Source: Centroscyllium fabricii
Lineage: Eukaryota
Length of the DNA: 64,000 nt
NCBI GenBank assembly: GCA_051313645.2
Contig: JBNRSN020000002.1
Location: 36,704,001 to 36,768,000, forward strand
Direction of reading: 5' to 3'
A program made the translations under genes and the position numbers. This document shows, one piece after another, positions 60,126-64,000 of the stretch. Below the pieces are notes generated by a model. It worked only from the letters and a program-made list of their open reading frames with translations, ran no database searches and was not told the DNA's origin. Position 1 is the stretch's first letter; each line of letters opens with the position of its first letter.

Positions 60126-61334
60126 AAATGAAAATAAGAGAGATTTTAACATATAGAAATGTCACCAGCAGTGTATTTATTTAGAAGAAGCCTTCAGGTA
60201 TGAAATGAGGAGTAAAACCTATTACAAATACACAATTTTAAAGTCAGTGGCATTCAGCTTTCCTAAAAAAATAGAAAGACGACTGGAGCTGAAAAGCGTG
60301 AATGATAAAATTACAATCACTATTTTAGAAAATGATAACATGGAATCAAAGAATAGTACAACACAGAAGGAGGCCTTTCGGCCCATCGATTCTGCGTCGG
60401 CTCTTTCGAAGAGCAATCCAGGTAGTCCTACTCCCCCGTTCTTAACCCATATCCCTGCAATTTTGTCTTCTATCTGATAATTTTGTTGTAGGTCGCTATG
60501 CTAAAATTGTATATTTAAAAATATTAAATGAATGCAAGGAAAACTTACAATAATTTAACCACATTTTAAGCAATGCCTGTCAGCCTCAGCAATCAGATGA
60601 CATCTATTTCTTGGGCAGTGCTTAGGCTGAAGCAGCCAATCGGAGGTTGGTAGCTGAATTATCTATCTGCAGATGGCAGCACCTTATTGATACTTCGTGG
60701 CTGCAAAATTATTTTCCCTGCCAAGAAAAAGCTCGTACAGGCAGTGCAAAATTCGGCTTTCACCCGCTAAACTTTAAATGCACTGAGAACTTAACGGGCC
60801 GGATCTTGCTCAAAAAATAACGGTGTGTTAATGATGTACGCCATTATTAATGTGCAAATCAGCCAGAAAATTCTGGGGAAAAAGATACACGAGTGTTACA
60901 AATCTCCAGTCACTTTAGACAAAGCCGGTAGCCTCCCCTTTTATTTTTAACAACTTGTTGGATTTCCCCATTAATCTCACCACAGAAAGATAGCTCTAGT
61001 AATTAGCAGTATATAAATATATTTTTAACAATGTGATAATTGTTAATGACTGCCAATCAACCTCACTGGCCCAGAAATTGAACAATTAAACTGTGGAGTT
61101 TCATTCATTTAGGTGGCAAATTGTTCGAGATTTTTTAAAAAGTCTACTGTTTTACTACATCAGACGTACTATATAAATGCAAGTTGTTGTTTGTGTTTTA
61201 CCTATACCTGTACTCGTACCACAATAACAGATTACAGTCATTTGCATTAGTCAAGTAATTGATCAATAATACTAAATTTGAGTACAGTCAGCTAATTACA
61301 CATCTTGTTGCTGGCAACACGTTAAAATGAAGTA

Positions 61335-62050
61335 CAGGTTGAGCACCGTTAATCCGTGTCCCGAATAGCCGGCAGCTTCAGTCTGCCGGCACAAATTGCC
61401 CCGACTGCACTGCGCATGCGCAAAATGGCAGCCCCCATCGTGGCTTCAGCGAATGATCTGCGCATGCGCCGAGCGCATGCGCAGATCATTCAAAACAGCT
61501 GCGGGTGTTTTGAATGATCTGCGCATGCGTCACCGGACGGTTAGCGCATGCGCAGATAATTCAATACGGCCGCCCGTTATTTTCTCGACAGCTGAGCCCC
61601 GTGACTGAGGCGGACAGTCACTAGGCAACAGCTGTCAGCCTGAGTCCCGCTCGGCGGCAGCAGCAACCCCAAAGGCGATAATGCGGAGGTGCCGGTGTTG
61701 GACTGGGGTGGACAAATGCAAAAAGTCACACAACACCAGGTTTAAAGTCCAACGTTTTATTTTAAATCACAAGCTTTCGGAGCTCCGAAAGCTTGTGATT
61801 TAAAATAAAACGTTGGACTTTAAACCTGGTGTTGTGTGACTTTTTGCATTTGTCCAAAGGCGATGGAGAGGGACGGCGGACCCGGGCCCAATCTGCGCAT
61901 GCGCGCGCCAGCCAATCGCAATGCTGCGCGCATGCGCGCGGCCGTTTTGACTGGCGCGCATGCGCAGTGTCCAAACTCGTTCTCCCGGTTTTTCCCATTT
62001 CCCGGCACGGGCCTGGTCCCGCCCGTGCCCGATTAACGGTGCTCAACCTG
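61335..62050 (+). mobile_element. GCGCATGCGC-rich MITE containing a palindromic insertion
   Basis: TIR CAGGTTGAGCACCGTTAATC, TA TSD. Confidence 0.9.
61680..61856. mobile_element. Fold-back mini-element (perfect 148-bp palindrome 61709-61856 plus ~29-nt extension)
   Basis: TSD CCAAAGGCGAT; centre GGAG|CTCC; same family as 7548-7702 and 30430-30936. Confidence 0.85.
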
Positions 62051-63310
62051 TATCAATATTCACTGAAATAACAGAAAATGCTGGAAATACTCTGTTGACA
62101 CCAATCGATTAACGTGCAATAATTGAAAAGGATTTTACACTGATCACTCCATCCATCTATTTAACAAAAAAAGGAAAAAAAAATAAAAAAAAAATATATA
62201 TATATATATAAATGTTAAATTTAATACTATTGCGACTGAAAGCTAATAAATTCTACATCAACCAATTGTTTTCTCAGGTAGTTTTGTATGCACAGACTAG
62301 GATTAACCAGGCTTAACATTTTTACTCTTTTATTGAACATGATGAAACATTATGGCAGGAAATAAAAGTTGGAATACGTACAATCACAAAATAAACAACA
62401 ATTATGGTTAACATTCTAAACATATTGTGCAGTAATGAAAGTAATGAGGTAGCATAGCTAAAAATGTATTTTTCACATTCAAAAATGCAAAGGCATTCTG
62501 TAATCCAAAAATAACTTGTTATATGCAAACTTGCATGAAAGTTCAAAGATCATTCTACTCAATGTTTGTCATAATTTAATTATAATCATATACAGTTCCA
62601 TCAGCACTTGTTTGTAATTGTGTAGCCATATATACTGCTTCAGCAAACTTAGTTTTGCAGACATCTTATTTCCTGCATTTAACATTGTTCTATAATCCAC
62701 CAGCTATAACTGGCATTAGCCTATTCTTCTAATTTACTTACAAGTCCCTTGTGAATTAATTAGAAACGTCAAAAAAATCTTCTATAAGCTAACAAAGCTA
62801 GTGGACCAGTCCAAATGACCTTTGAAGCTTTAAAAGACTAATCCCAATCCTATTAATAAAACATTTGATTTTCAATATCTGACAGGTCTGCCAGACATGC
62901 TAATCGATCACAAGGACAAATGTATTTTCATCTCTGCATGCTAAGCATGTCAAGCCAATAATACCATTCAGGATTCCACAACCCCTTCAAAATGCATTTT
63001 TAACTCTGGGTTTTTGCAGAGCAATAGCACATGGAAACTATCAAAAGAGAAAAGCCCAAGAGGATTATATTTTTGTTCACATTTCTTTTTCCATCTAATT
63101 ATGGTAAGGAGTGACCACGTTGGAGAAAGGAATATTTTTCTTTTCATATTTAGCTGCTAGAACTCTTACAGCACGTATCACAAGCACCGGTTAAAATCTC
63201 GAGATTTACAACCTCCGCCTCAGAACATATTCCAGGCTGCATTGTCAGATTCCTCATTCTGTTCTGGGCCTGTCAAGATTAACAATGCCACTATTGAAGA
63301 GAAAAGGAGG

Positions 63311-63716
63311 GAAACATAGAAACATAGACGATAGGAGCAGGAGTAGGCCATTCGGCCCTACGAGCCTGCTCCGCCATTCAATGAGATCATGGCTGATCAT
63401 CCAAACCCAGCACCCTGTCCCTGCTTTGTCCCCATATCCCTCAATCCCTATCGAGCCTGCACCTGACACATATCCCACCCTATCCCCGTAACCCCACATA
63501 TTCAATCCCCCTAACACTAAGGGTCAATTTATCATGGCCAATCAACCTAACCCGCACATCTTTGGACTGTGGGAGGAAACCGGAGCACCCGGAGGAAACC
63601 CACGCAGACACGGGGAGAATGTGCAAACTCCACAGATAGTACCCGAGGCTGGATTTGAACCCGGGTCTCTAGTGCTGTAAGGCAACAGTGCTAACCACTA
63701 TGCCACCGTGCTGCCC
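63311..63716 (-). mobile_element. HE1-type V-SINE
   Basis: Complete tRNA head, V domain, CR1 tail. Confidence 0.9.
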
Positions 63717-64000
63717 GAAGGACTCAACCTTCGTGCGGAGGCATTTTCTCAATGTACCATTGGTACTCTTTTGAATGCGTGTTGTTTACATTGCAGGATA
63801 GACTCAAAACTGGAAGCAACAATGTAAAACTACACTGCTAAAAGATCACTACACAGTTGCTCAAATGTCATACTGACATAAAATCCCCAATATTAATTCA
63901 GAGGCACATTTGGGGGGGGGGGGGGGGAGCAGTCTGATATCACATGGGAAACCCAGATGTAGGTCCAGTGTTCTTTCAGTGGCATTTTAACACAGTCAGC

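Overview
Eukaryotic, almost entirely repeat-derived DNA, most likely a cartilaginous fish (HE1-type V-SINEs, DeuSINE, abundant CR1); no host gene is identifiable. It holds nested CR1, Rex1/Babar, RTE, L2/Crack-like and Penelope retroelements, three Ty3/Gypsy elements (one with an intact 1321-aa ORF), solo LTRs, MITEs and a PIF/Harbinger element. Most notable: (1) all three Gypsy elements lack a tRNA primer-binding site and instead carry a co-varying 10-13 nt leader complementary to the AATAAA region of their own LTR, suggesting self-priming and/or poly(A)-signal occlusion, plus a YLDN RT motif; (2) a 5S-rRNA-headed SINE with a Rex1-type tail, beside a matching non-coding Rex1-tailed element; (3) short elements carrying minimal hammerhead ribozymes, some forming long palindromes; (4) a Harbinger element with only an intact spliced MADF gene; (5) MITEs dense in NRF1/YY1-like motifs. 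Coordinates and family names come from reading the sequence by eye, without database searches.
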